From NCBI GenBank assembly GCA_031425655.1, contig JANPJS010000108.1:1-60054 (forward strand): 60,054 bases of DNA, in the 5' to 3' direction. Position 1 is the stretch's first letter, and each line of letters opens with the position of its first letter. A program made the translations under genes and the position numbers. This DNA is from Abditibacteriaceae bacterium (lineage in GTDB: Bacteria > Armatimonadota > Abditibacteriia > Abditibacteriales > Abditibacteriaceae). The notes below the pieces were generated by a model that saw only the letters and a list, made by a program, of their open reading frames with translations, was not told the origin of the DNA and ran no database searches. Below are positions 9,381 through 18,169 of the stretch, piece after piece.

Positions 9381-10355
9381 TTAGCCCGCCGCCGCAGGCG
9401 CAAAACGAAACTTTTGGATGCGATGGTTGCCCGTATCGGCGGCGTAAATCGTGCCGTCGGACATGACGGCCAAGCCCCACGGATTGAAAAGCTGGCCCGG
9501 CGCCCGTCCCGGCGTGCCCCAAACGGCGACGAATTTTCCGTCCGGCGTCCATTTTTGCACGCGGCTGGCGCCGTATTCGACGGTGTAAATGAAACCGGCT
9601 TGGTCGGTTGCCACGCCGTAAACGTAGTTAAGCTGGCCCAGCGCCCGGCCCGGCGTGCCGATTTGGCCTTTGAACGCGCCGGTTTTTCGGTCGAGGCGCT
9701 GAATACGGTGATTGCAAATATCGGCGACCAACAAATCGCCTTCGCGCGAAATCGCCAGTCCGCAAGGCCGTCGAAACTGGCGTGGGCCTTCGCCGTGTCC
9801 GGGCCACGACGCGATGAGTTTGCCGTCTTCGGTCCACTTGGAAATGCGGTCGTAATCGCCGCCGTAATCGGCAATATAAAGAAAACCGTCGCTGTCCACG
9901 CAAATGCCGGTCGCCAGCAAAAAGCCGCCGGGCTGCATCCCGTAAGTGCCGAAAGTTCGCACCAACTTGCCGTCCGGCGAATAAATGCGAATCTTCGAGT
10001 AATGCGTGTCGCAGACCGCGATATTGCCGCTTTTGCAAACCGCAATGCCTTCAGGACGGCCTTTATCCGTCGAAGGCACGCGCCACGCTTTGACGAATTT
10101 GCCGCTGTCCGTCCACTTTTGAACGCGGCCCGTCGAGTCCACGATATAAACAAAATGATTTGCCGCGAGAGTCAACGCGCGCGGCTCGTAAAACTGCCCC
10201 GGCCCGTCGCCGCGCCCGTTGCCCCAGATTTGGAGCGGTGCGGGCGCGTTCGCTTTTGCTATCGGCGGCGCGGTGCGATGGCACCCGGACAGAAATGCAA
10301 AATGCAAAATGCAAAATGTAAAAAACACGAGCCGCAGAGGGTGGAATTTTTTCAT
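9381..10355 (-). CDS. NHL-repeat beta-propeller lipoprotein
   Basis: Lipobox LSGC after MKKFH...; repeated GQFxxPxGL, ADTGNHRIQKF motifs; start set at ATG 10355. Confidence 0.85.
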   Translation of the reverse strand: MKKFHPLRLVFFTFCILHFAFLSGCHRTAPPIAKANAPAPLQIWGNGRGDGPGQFYEPRALTLAANHFVYIVDSTGRVQKWTDSGKFVKAWRVPSTDKGRPEGIAVCKSGNIAVCDTHYSKIRIYSPDGKLVRTFGTYGMQPGGFLLATGICVDSDGFLYIADYGGDYDRISKWTEDGKLIASWPGHGEGPRQFRRPCGLAISREGDLLVADICNHRIQRLDRKTGAFKGQIGTPGRALGQLNYVYGVATDQAGFIYTVEYGASRVQKWTPDGKFVAVWGTPGRAPGQLFNPWGLAVMSDGTIYAADTGNHRIQKFRFAPAAAG

Positions 10356-10378
10356 TTTTAATTTTGCATTTTGCATTG
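10293..10378. repeat. Inverted heptamer repeat (AAAATGC / GCATTTT) overlapping two CDS ends
   Basis: aaatgca x4 ... ttttgca units; encodes FCILHFAF of the NHL signal peptide and CKMQN at the methyltransferase C-terminus. Confidence 0.85.
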
Positions 10379-10984
10379 AAAAATTCGGTAGCCGCTTTTG
10401 ATTGCGACGGTTTCGCAGTGTCCAAACTGCGCTGAAAGTCGTTTTTGCCAGCTTTTGGCGCCTTGCGCAGTGCGTAAAACCACCCAAAGCGTGCCATCGC
10501 TTTTTAAACAGCGTTGCGCATCGTCGAATAAACGCGCGATGGTCTGGTTGCCGGCGCGGATGGGCGGATTGCACAGAATCGCGTCGAAAAAATCGTCGCG
10601 CGCGGCTTGCAGGCCGTCGCCGCACCAGAAAAAAGCGTTGTTCAACTGATTTTCCTCGGCGTTGAGACGAGCGAGCGACACGGCACGCGCGTTGATGTCG
10701 CAGCCAAAAACGTGCGATTCCGGCGACAGCGCCGCACAAAAACACGACAGCGCGCCCCAACCGCAGCCTAAATCGCACGTTCGCGCGCCGCTTTTCAACG
10801 GTGAGCGCAATGCGGTTTCGAGAAGCAAACGCGAGCCTTCATCCAGCCCACTGCGCGCGAAAACACCGGCGCCAGTGGCAAAACGCAGCGTGACGCCGCA
10901 AACATCGGCGGTTGTCCAAGTCGCTTCGTCCGGCGCTAAAAGTGTTTCTTGACGCGAAAAATAATGCGAAACAGGCTGGCTCAT
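10358..10984 (-). CDS. Class I SAM methyltransferase, RsmC/MTS family
   Basis: SHYFS, GVFARSGLDEGSRLL, DLGCGWG, NPPIRAG. Confidence 0.85.
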   Translation of the reverse strand: MSQPVSHYFSRQETLLAPDEATWTTADVCGVTLRFATGAGVFARSGLDEGSRLLLETALRSPLKSGARTCDLGCGWGALSCFCAALSPESHVFGCDINARAVSLARLNAEENQLNNAFFWCGDGLQAARDDFFDAILCNPPIRAGNQTIARLFDDAQRCLKSDGTLWVVLRTAQGAKSWQKRLSAQFGHCETVAIKSGYRIFQCKMQN

Positions 10985-11141
10985 GGCGTGGGTGCAACGA
11001 CGAAAATCAGTGTAGCAGACGCCGAAGTGCGTTCTGTTCGGCGTGCGGCTTTGGGCACACGCCTCACATCGGCTATAATTGGAAAAAGCGCCTTTTTTAT
11101 GACCTTGTCACGAAGGCGCAAAACCCGTCGAGCGGAAACTG

Positions 11142-12218
11142 ATGAATCACACTACGCGCAAATTCGGAACTGTATTTTGTGGACTGGCCCTGTGCGGCAT
11201 CGCCGGCGCCGAAGACGCTCGAACGCCGGACGCTCAGCCAACGGCTACGGTGCAAACCATCGCGCGCGATCTGAATATGGAGCGCGACGTGGCGCACCGT
11301 CTCGAAGACGAAGCGCGCTTTTCCCTGTCGCTGCGCCGCGAACCTTTGGCGCAGATGCTGTCCTTAGTCGAGAACGCTACAGCCCTGCGTTTTCGCTGCG
11401 GCGCATTGCCCGACGCGCCGATTTCCGTGGACGTGCAGGACGCGCCGCTTTTCGCCACGCTTGAGCCACTCTTGCAGGAAATGGGCTTCGCGCTGCGCCG
11501 CGACGGTTTGAACGTGTTTCTTTTCAGCAATCGCGTGACGGGCGGCGACAACGCGCCGGACGTGCCCGCTGCGTGGACGGTCTGGAAAAGCGCCGCCGCT
11601 CCGCCGCCGGGCTGGTCGAATCCTCGCCCGCGCGTTGCATCGCCGACCGGACGCATTAGCGCCGATGCTTTGGTTCACGCCGCGCCTTTATCTGTGCAGT
11701 GGAACGCCCCGCGCAGCGATAATGGCGGCAACGCCGGCTGGTCGCCCGCCGCGCTGCAAATAGATGGCTCTAATCATCCCGGCATCGCCGTCAGCGTTGT
11801 TTCGGCCACGCCGCACGCCGAAAACGCGCCGGTTTGGATGCGCTGGCCGCTTGATTTGCGCGAAGTGCCCGCCGGCGCACAATTAACGCTCGAAACCCCG
11901 TCCGACGTGACGCTTTTCGTCAACGGCGCGCCGCTTATCTCCGGGCGGCGCGGCAAAATGCAAGTCGCCTTAGACCGCGTGCTAAAACCGGGCGCCAACT
12001 GCCTCGCATTACACTGGCCGCGCGTGGCTAAAAGCGCCGCGCCTCTGCTGCGCTACGAATGGTTCATCGGCGGCAAACCCGACGTGCAAGCGCCGGCACA
12101 AGCAGGTGCGCGCATGGATAATCAGAATCCTCAAATTTCACTACCGATTCTTATTCAGCCCGACAACGGCCAGCGTCCCGGCGATACCGGCTCCTCTTTC
12201 GCCGACGCGCCGCGCTGA
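11142..12218 (+). CDS. Exported hypothetical protein (secretin N/STN-like domain + beta-sandwich)
   Basis: Signal-like N-terminus; SLSLRREPLAQML...ISVDVQDAPL resembles STN/N0; LFVNG...LKPGANCLAL resembles sugar-binding sandwiches. Confidence 0.6.
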   Translation: MNHTTRKFGTVFCGLALCGIAGAEDARTPDAQPTATVQTIARDLNMERDVAHRLEDEARFSLSLRREPLAQMLSLVENATALRFRCGALPDAPISVDVQDAPLFATLEPLLQEMGFALRRDGLNVFLFSNRVTGGDNAPDVPAAWTVWKSAAAPPPGWSNPRPRVASPTGRISADALVHAAPLSVQWNAPRSDNGGNAGWSPAALQIDGSNHPGIAVSVVSATPHAENAPVWMRWPLDLREVPAGAQLTLETPSDVTLFVNGAPLISGRRGKMQVALDRVLKPGANCLALHWPRVAKSAAPLLRYEWFIGGKPDVQAPAQAGARMDNQNPQISLPILIQPDNGQRPGDTGSSFADAPR

Positions 12219-12245
12219 CGATAAACCTCCGTTCCTCTGATATTG

Positions 12246-12388
12246 AAGCTTTCAATGGAACACGGGCCTTCGGCACACGGAAACAACCACAGATTTACAC
12301 GGATTTTTGATTAAACCGTGTAAATCCGTGTCGTTTCGGGCGCCCTCTGGGCAGGATCGGCGCAGCCGCCGTGTTCCATTGAAAGCTT
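12246..12388. mobile_element. MITE-like element, family A
   Basis: 20-bp TIR aagctttcaatggaacacgg; internal cacggattt-type repeats; homolog at 54428-54559 in opposite orientation. Confidence 0.7.
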
Positions 12389-12522
12389 GAAGCCACCAGG
12401 GCAATCGCATTAGGATTTTTCTGGGCCACAAAGGATTTTTAGCAGGTAGTTGTGCGGTTTCACGACCTTCCGCGCCCTTTCTCGGATGTGGTGGAATGAC
12501 CGACGCATCGTTAACCGATGCG

Positions 12523-13824
12523 TTAGCGCAGCTTCCACAAGCGTTTAAAGCGCCAGTAGACGCTGAAAGCGAACATCGCGGCGATCCACGCGCCGGCGAA
12601 AACGGCGCCGCGCGGCCCCAGCAGCGGAAAACGCGCTAATATTCCTAAAAACAGCGCGCCCAGCGGCGCTGTGCCGATGAGCGCGAGCGAATAAAGAGAA
12701 AGAACGCGGCCTCGCATATCGTCCGGCGCCAGCGTTTGCACTAAGGTGTTGCCGGTCATCAGAAAGGTCAGCAGGCACCAGCCGGCGACGATTAAAAACA
12801 CGCACGCCGTGTAGAAATCGGGTGCGACGGAAAACGCCATCACGCTCAGGCAAAACCCGAAGGCGCCGAGCAGCAATCGTTTGCCGCGATGCCGCATTCG
12901 TCCCGTAAACGCAAGTGAAAACGCCGCGCCCAATGCGCCCAGGCCGTTGCACGACAGCAGAATCGAAAAGCCACGCGCATCGGTTTGAAACACGTCTTTG
13001 GCGAAAACCGAAAGCAGCGTGCCGAAACTCATCGCGCAAGTCGAGCAAACGCCGACCAAAAGCGTGACCAGCCACAGCGTTTCGTGGCCGCGCACGAAGC
13101 GGTAGCCTTCTTTCAAGCCTTCCCAGCCGTGTTCGGCTCGTTTCGGCTCGTGCGGCGGCAAATCCATGCGCGCAAGGCCGAAAATCAAGGCCAAAAACGA
13201 AACCGCGTTGGCCAAAAAGCAGCCGGCCATGCCCAATGCGTGAATTAAATAGCCACCCAGCGCCGGGCCGACGACGCGCGCTCCGTTGAAGGCCGTCGAG
13301 TTCAAAGCGATGGCGTTGGGCAAATCGTCGGGCGGCACCATTTCCGAGTTGAAAGCCTGTCGCACCGGCACATCGAAAGCGTTGACGACGCCGCCAATCA
13401 GCGTCAGCAGCGCCACGTTCCACAGAGAAACTAATTTCCAATAAACCAGCGCCGCCCACAACAGCGCGAAGCCCGCCGCAATGGCGTTGAGCACAATCAG
13501 CGTGCGCCGCTTGTCCACGCGGTCGGCTAAAACTCCGGCGTGCAGCGTAAAAACCAAGAACGGCGCCGTGCCGCAAGCCGCGATCACGGCGATGATGAAC
13601 GTGTTGTCGGTGAGCCAGTCGCGCACCAGCCAGCTTTGCGCCGCCTGCTGCGCCAGATTGCCGAGCAGCGAGACCACGTTGCCGAACCAGAAAAGCTGAA
13701 AGTTGCGATGCCGCAGCGCGGAAAATCGCCGGTCGCGCGGCTCCGGCGAAGGTTTTTCGGTGTTTGGTTCTTCCCAATCAACGGCGGGGCGAGGTTCTTC
13801 GTAGGGTTCAACCAAACGGGACAT
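12523..13824 (-). CDS. MFS transporter (MFS_3/DUF894-like)
   Basis: ALRHRNFQLFWFG, GVLADRVDKRR, NAIALNS, MRGRVLS; about 12 TMs. Confidence 0.9.
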   Translation of the reverse strand: MSRLVEPYEEPRPAVDWEEPNTEKPSPEPRDRRFSALRHRNFQLFWFGNVVSLLGNLAQQAAQSWLVRDWLTDNTFIIAVIAACGTAPFLVFTLHAGVLADRVDKRRTLIVLNAIAAGFALLWAALVYWKLVSLWNVALLTLIGGVVNAFDVPVRQAFNSEMVPPDDLPNAIALNSTAFNGARVVGPALGGYLIHALGMAGCFLANAVSFLALIFGLARMDLPPHEPKRAEHGWEGLKEGYRFVRGHETLWLVTLLVGVCSTCAMSFGTLLSVFAKDVFQTDARGFSILLSCNGLGALGAAFSLAFTGRMRHRGKRLLLGAFGFCLSVMAFSVAPDFYTACVFLIVAGWCLLTFLMTGNTLVQTLAPDDMRGRVLSLYSLALIGTAPLGALFLGILARFPLLGPRGAVFAGAWIAAMFAFSVYWRFKRLWKLR

Positions 13825-13857
13825 GAGGAGTTCTTCAGTCTACTTCCATCATAAAAT

Positions 13858-13926
13858 GCGGGGCTATCGCCCTCTTCCAAACAAGTCTTTCTTCTCAACT
13901 TGTCTGGAAGAGGGCGATAGCCCCGC
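13858..13926. repeat. REP-like palindrome, family C
   Basis: gcggggctatcgccctcttccaaac ... gtctggaagagggcgatagccccgc; copies at about 21748-21808 and 30320-30386. Confidence 0.8.
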
Positions 13927-13935
13927 CCAACTGCC

Positions 13936-14412
13936 TCAAACTTTTCGCCGCAAGCCGCCAAAGCCCAGCGCCAACGCCAGCACGACGTAAATCGCCAGCA
14001 GCGAACGCTTCGAGAGGTGCGCCTCGAAGCCGGGCGTCAAGCGTTTGGGCACGAGGTGAAAATCGAGAACGTAAGCGCACGCCGCGACAGCCGCGCCGCC
14101 AGCCAGCGAAACCGGCACGTTGCCTTCGTCCTGATAAGCGCCGAAAAGCATTTCATGCAAAACCGCCCACGAGGCGGTAAACGATTTCGTCAGTAACAAG
14201 CCGCTGCCAGTGTATTTCAGCGAGGCGCCCTGTTGCGCAAAGGCTTCGTCGCCGAACGTGATATGGCTCACGTCGTTAATTGGCTGAATCGCATCGCCGT
14301 TTTCCAGATGGCCGCACAGCGCGATGGCGGCGGTTGTCGCTAATGCCGTGATTGTAGCTTTGCGGGCGCTGTCCTCTGCCGCACTCCGGCCCAATTTCAG
14401 TTTCCAACTCAT
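13936..14412 (-). CDS. Hypothetical membrane protein
   Basis: 158-aa ORF with GGAGG SD and hydrophobic segments; PINDVSHI and LVPKRLTPGFE motifs. Confidence 0.7.
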   Translation of the reverse strand: MSWKLKLGRSAAEDSARKATITALATTAAIALCGHLENGDAIQPINDVSHITFGDEAFAQQGASLKYTGSGLLLTKSFTASWAVLHEMLFGAYQDEGNVPVSLAGGAAVAACAYVLDFHLVPKRLTPGFEAHLSKRSLLAIYVVLALALGFGGLRRKV

Positions 14413-14433
14413 AATTATGCCTCCGGTTGCGTT

Positions 14434-17400
14434 CTATTCTCCGTTATTCATGCTTTGTTTTTCGCGCATGAACTGCGTCATCGCGTCGGCGCCCAGTGGG
14501 CGGGCGAAATAATAGCCCTGCGCCAAAGCGCAGTTCATCGAAAGCAGGCGCTGGGCTTCGCGTTCGGTTTCTACGCCTTCGGCCACGACGGTGAGGCCCA
14601 GATTGTGCGCCAACTCAACCATCGAAGTTACCACCACTTCGTCACCGCCGACTTTGCTCAGACCGGCCACAAAACGACGGTCGAGTTTTAGGTAATCGAG
14701 GGGAAACGAGCGCAAATAAGATAGCGATGAATAGCCGGTGCCGAAGTCGTCAATGGCGAGGCCCAGGCCCAGCGCCCGCAGCGCGTGCAGCGTCGTGACC
14801 GATGTTTCGGCTTCTTCCATGATGACGTGCTCGGTGATTTCCAACACAAATGTGCGCGGGTCAAGTTGCGAGGCTTGCAGCACGCGGCTGATGTTTTCGA
14901 CTAAGGCCGGGTCGCGCAACTGGCGCGCTGAGATATTAATGCTGACAAACGGAAATGGCGTTGCCAAATCGTGAAACTCTTGCTGCCACAGGCGTGTTTG
15001 GCGGCAAACTTCCTCGAAAACCCACCAACCAAGCGGCACGATCAGGCCGGTTTCTTCGGCCAAAGGAATGAAATCGAGCGGCGGAACCAGGCCGCGTTCG
15101 GGATGATTCCAGCGAATCAAGGCTTCCATACCGGCAAGAGCGCCGGTTTTCAGCACGACTTCGGGCTGGTAATGCAGCACAAACTCGCCGCGTTCCAAAG
15201 CACGGCGCAAATCGTTTTCAAGGTTCAATCGCTTGAGCGCCGCCACGTTCATGGTGGCCTGAAAAACCGCGAAACAAGCGCGGCCATTTTTCTTGGCTTC
15301 ATACATCGCGGTGTCGGCGTTGCGCAGCAGCTCCTCGGCTTGCGAACTGGCCCGCGCCGCGTCGGAAAAAGCGCCCTCGAAGGGCAATTCGGCGGCGCGC
15401 GTGCCCAACGCGATGCCGATGCTCGGCGTAATCGTCACTTCGCGCGCGGTCAGCATCAGCGGCGTGCGCAGCGATTCCAAAATGCGTTCGGCGACGTGAA
15501 TCGCTTGTTCCGGCGCGCTCAAATTGTCCAGCAAAATCGTAAATTCGTCGCCGCCGAAGCGGCTGGCCGTGTCGCCGCCGCGCAAGCAGGTTTGCAAGCG
15601 GTCGGCGACGGACACCAACAATTGATCGCCGGTCGAATGGCCCAGACTGTCGTTGATGAACTTGAAATTGTCTAAATCAATGAACAAAACGGCGACAGCC
15701 TGCCCGGTGCGAATAGTGCGGCTGAGCGCCACGTCGAGACGATCTAAAAACAAGGCGCGGTTCGGCAAACCCGTTAACACATCGTGAAACGCTTGGTGCG
15801 CCAGGCGTTCTTCGAGGGCCTTTTGCAGCGTCACGTCGCTGGCCGAAAGCACCACGCCGCTGATTTCGCCGCTAAGGTCGAGCAATGGCGCGGCGTTGAC
15901 CGAAAGCCACACGCGGCGGCCTGTCGGGGTTTCGATGCTGCATTCCACGCCGCGCACCGCTTCGCCCGAACGTATCACGCGCTCGAAAGGCAGTTCCTTT
16001 TCCGAAAGCGGCTCACTTTCCGGCCCCAGCAAGCGAAAAACCGTCTGGTTATAAATGCCCTGCGTAATTTCCTCGCGCGGCAGGCCGAGCATCCTCTCGG
16101 CGGCGGCGTTGGCGAAAGTTATTTTGCGCTCGCGGCCCGCGATGAGAATCGCGTCTACGCTGGTTTCCACGACGCCGGCCAAACGGCTTTCGCTGCGCCG
16201 CAAGGCTTGCGCGGCCTGTTCGCGCGCCGTCACGTCGCGGAACGAAACCACGCTGCCCGTCACGCGCCCCGCCACGCGCTGCGGTTTCGAGGTGCGCTCG
16301 TAAATGTGGCCATCTTTGAAGCGCAGCACGTCATGCCATTCGCTTTCGGGATGCAGTTTTAATTCATGAACGCGCTCCAAATACGCCTGCGGGTCGGCAA
16401 GTTGATTTTGCGCGAAGGCGAGCAAACGTTCGTTGTCGCGGCTGGCCAAGAGGTCTTCGGGAATGCGCCACATGCGCGCAAACTGCTGATTGTAATTCTC
16501 GATGCGGCCTTGCGTATTCACCACCATGACACCGTCCGCCGTAGATTCGAGCGTGGCGCGCAAAAGCGATAACGAACGCGCCAGTTCTTCGTCGGCACGA
16601 CGGTATTCGGTGATGTCGGTGCAAGCGCCAATCAGCACGGTCTGGCGCGGCGTATCCGCATTGGCATCGAGTTGCAAGGGCTTGCCCCTGTCCAGCCAGT
16701 AATGATAAGTGCCGTCTGTCTGACGAACGCGGTATTCGATGTCGTAAGCCAAACTCTGGCGTCCCGGCGACTCGCGCGACTCATTTTTCTCGGTCACGCT
16801 TGCTGCTTCAGCCAGTCCGACCGAACGCTTTTCCAGCACATAATCCACGTCGTCGGGGTGCAGGGCTTCGCGCCACGCTTCTATGCTGCGGTCGAAGCCA
16901 CCGGGGCGGTAGCCCAGCATGGCGTCAATTTGTCCATACCATTGAATGCGGTCTTCGTCGGGATAGGCCACATAAAGCGCGTCGGAAGCATTGAGTGCCA
17001 TCTGCCGGAAAAGCTCGTCGCCTGCACTCTGGCGCTCCTGAGCGAGTTCCAGCGCGTGCAACATCCGATTAATATCACGGCTCAGATTGTCCAATTCATC
17101 GTGCCCGCGGCTTTCGGGAATCGGCACACGCTCGCGCAAATCGCCGTGCGCACTGATGGCACCGACGCCGCGACTAAGGCGCATCAGACGCGACAACACC
17201 AGCCTTTCCATCAAGCCGGCGCCGACCAGAGTGAAAACCGTGCCCACCGCTAACAAAGAAAGCAGCAGCGCACGCAGGCTATAAAGTCCCTGCCGATAAA
17301 TCACGCGCGGCACGTCGGCGCGCAGGAGAAAAGCCGGCTTGCCGAAGGCATCGCGCACGAGGGTGTAACTCGAAATCGTCGCGTCATTTCGCACCTTGAT

Positions 17401-18090
17401 ATACGGATCACGCTGCTGAAGCTCGAATTTGGCCTGCTCGAAATCGGGTGGCAACGCTGCGCCGCCGAGGCGTTGCGAGACAATGCGACACTGCGCGCGT
17501 TGCTCTAAGCGGAGGAACTTTTCGCGGTCCAGAAGGCGGCCCTCAATAAAGGTGCCGCGCGATGGACCGGATTTATCCGAGCGCAAAATCGGGCGCGCCA
17601 CGAAAAAAAAAGCGCCCTCTGAAAGCATGAGAATGCCGCGTTTGACACCCTCCGGCTTCGTGCCCGTCACCAGCACGCCCTGCGGCGTGAGATAGCTTCC
17701 AAAATCGCGTGGTAACGCCTTAGCGCGCCCCGCTCGCGGATCAAACCCGGTGCCCCACACCAATTCACCTGAAGGCTTAGCATAAGCGATCAAGCTGACT
17801 TTCAGGCCGCTCAGCGTTTCGTTGTTCAGCGTGGACTGAATATATTCCGCGTTTCTGTCGTTGATAAAGCGATACGTGTCGTCCCAGTGCGCCCAATCGG
17901 TAGTTAAGGTGTCCAGATCATTTAAATCGCGTAATTCGTCTTTTACGCGCTCGACCCTTCTCAGTGCGCTCTCGCTTTCGGCGTTGGCGAAGCCACTGAG
18001 CAGAATCCGCGATGAGGTCGCGTAGAGCGCGACAACAAGCAAAATCAGCGTGAGGCCGGTAATCAGCAGCGTTTTCTGGCGCAAATTCAT
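14434..18090 (-). CDS. CHASE4-HAMP-PAS(x3)-GGDEF-EAL diguanylate cyclase/phosphodiesterase
   Basis: DWAHWDDTY (CHASE4), HAMP DELDNL, PAS motifs, RFGGDEF, EALIRW, DDFGTGYSSL. Confidence 0.92.
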   Translation of the reverse strand: MNLRQKTLLITGLTLILLVVALYATSSRILLSGFANAESESALRRVERVKDELRDLNDLDTLTTDWAHWDDTYRFINDRNAEYIQSTLNNETLSGLKVSLIAYAKPSGELVWGTGFDPRAGRAKALPRDFGSYLTPQGVLVTGTKPEGVKRGILMLSEGAFFFVARPILRSDKSGPSRGTFIEGRLLDREKFLRLEQRAQCRIVSQRLGGAALPPDFEQAKFELQQRDPYIKVRNDATISSYTLVRDAFGKPAFLLRADVPRVIYRQGLYSLRALLLSLLAVGTVFTLVGAGLMERLVLSRLMRLSRGVGAISAHGDLRERVPIPESRGHDELDNLSRDINRMLHALELAQERQSAGDELFRQMALNASDALYVAYPDEDRIQWYGQIDAMLGYRPGGFDRSIEAWREALHPDDVDYVLEKRSVGLAEAASVTEKNESRESPGRQSLAYDIEYRVRQTDGTYHYWLDRGKPLQLDANADTPRQTVLIGACTDITEYRRADEELARSLSLLRATLESTADGVMVVNTQGRIENYNQQFARMWRIPEDLLASRDNERLLAFAQNQLADPQAYLERVHELKLHPESEWHDVLRFKDGHIYERTSKPQRVAGRVTGSVVSFRDVTAREQAAQALRRSESRLAGVVETSVDAILIAGRERKITFANAAAERMLGLPREEITQGIYNQTVFRLLGPESEPLSEKELPFERVIRSGEAVRGVECSIETPTGRRVWLSVNAAPLLDLSGEISGVVLSASDVTLQKALEERLAHQAFHDVLTGLPNRALFLDRLDVALSRTIRTGQAVAVLFIDLDNFKFINDSLGHSTGDQLLVSVADRLQTCLRGGDTASRFGGDEFTILLDNLSAPEQAIHVAERILESLRTPLMLTAREVTITPSIGIALGTRAAELPFEGAFSDAARASSQAEELLRNADTAMYEAKKNGRACFAVFQATMNVAALKRLNLENDLRRALERGEFVLHYQPEVVLKTGALAGMEALIRWNHPERGLVPPLDFIPLAEETGLIVPLGWWVFEEVCRQTRLWQQEFHDLATPFPFVSINISARQLRDPALVENISRVLQASQLDPRTFVLEITEHVIMEEAETSVTTLHALRALGLGLAIDDFGTGYSSLSYLRSFPLDYLKLDRRFVAGLSKVGGDEVVVTSMVELAHNLGLTVVAEGVETEREAQRLLSMNCALAQGYYFARPLGADAMTQFMREKQSMNNGE

Positions 18091-18169
18091 CGAATGGAAT
18101 CCGTAGAAATATGGACACTTTTATTCTATCAAGGCGCGCCGCACGGCTTTGGCAAATCCGCGCGGAGAT

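Noticed and set aside
9225..10361. 378-aa plus-strand ORF
   Set aside because: Antisense shadow of the NHL gene in GC-rich DNA; no motifs.
10356..10778. N-terminal extension of the NHL ORF
   Set aside because: Overlaps the methyltransferase; the lipoprotein signal starts at 10355.
12545..13777. 410-aa alternative-frame ORF
   Set aside because: Arg/Gly-rich frame shadow overlapping the MFS gene.
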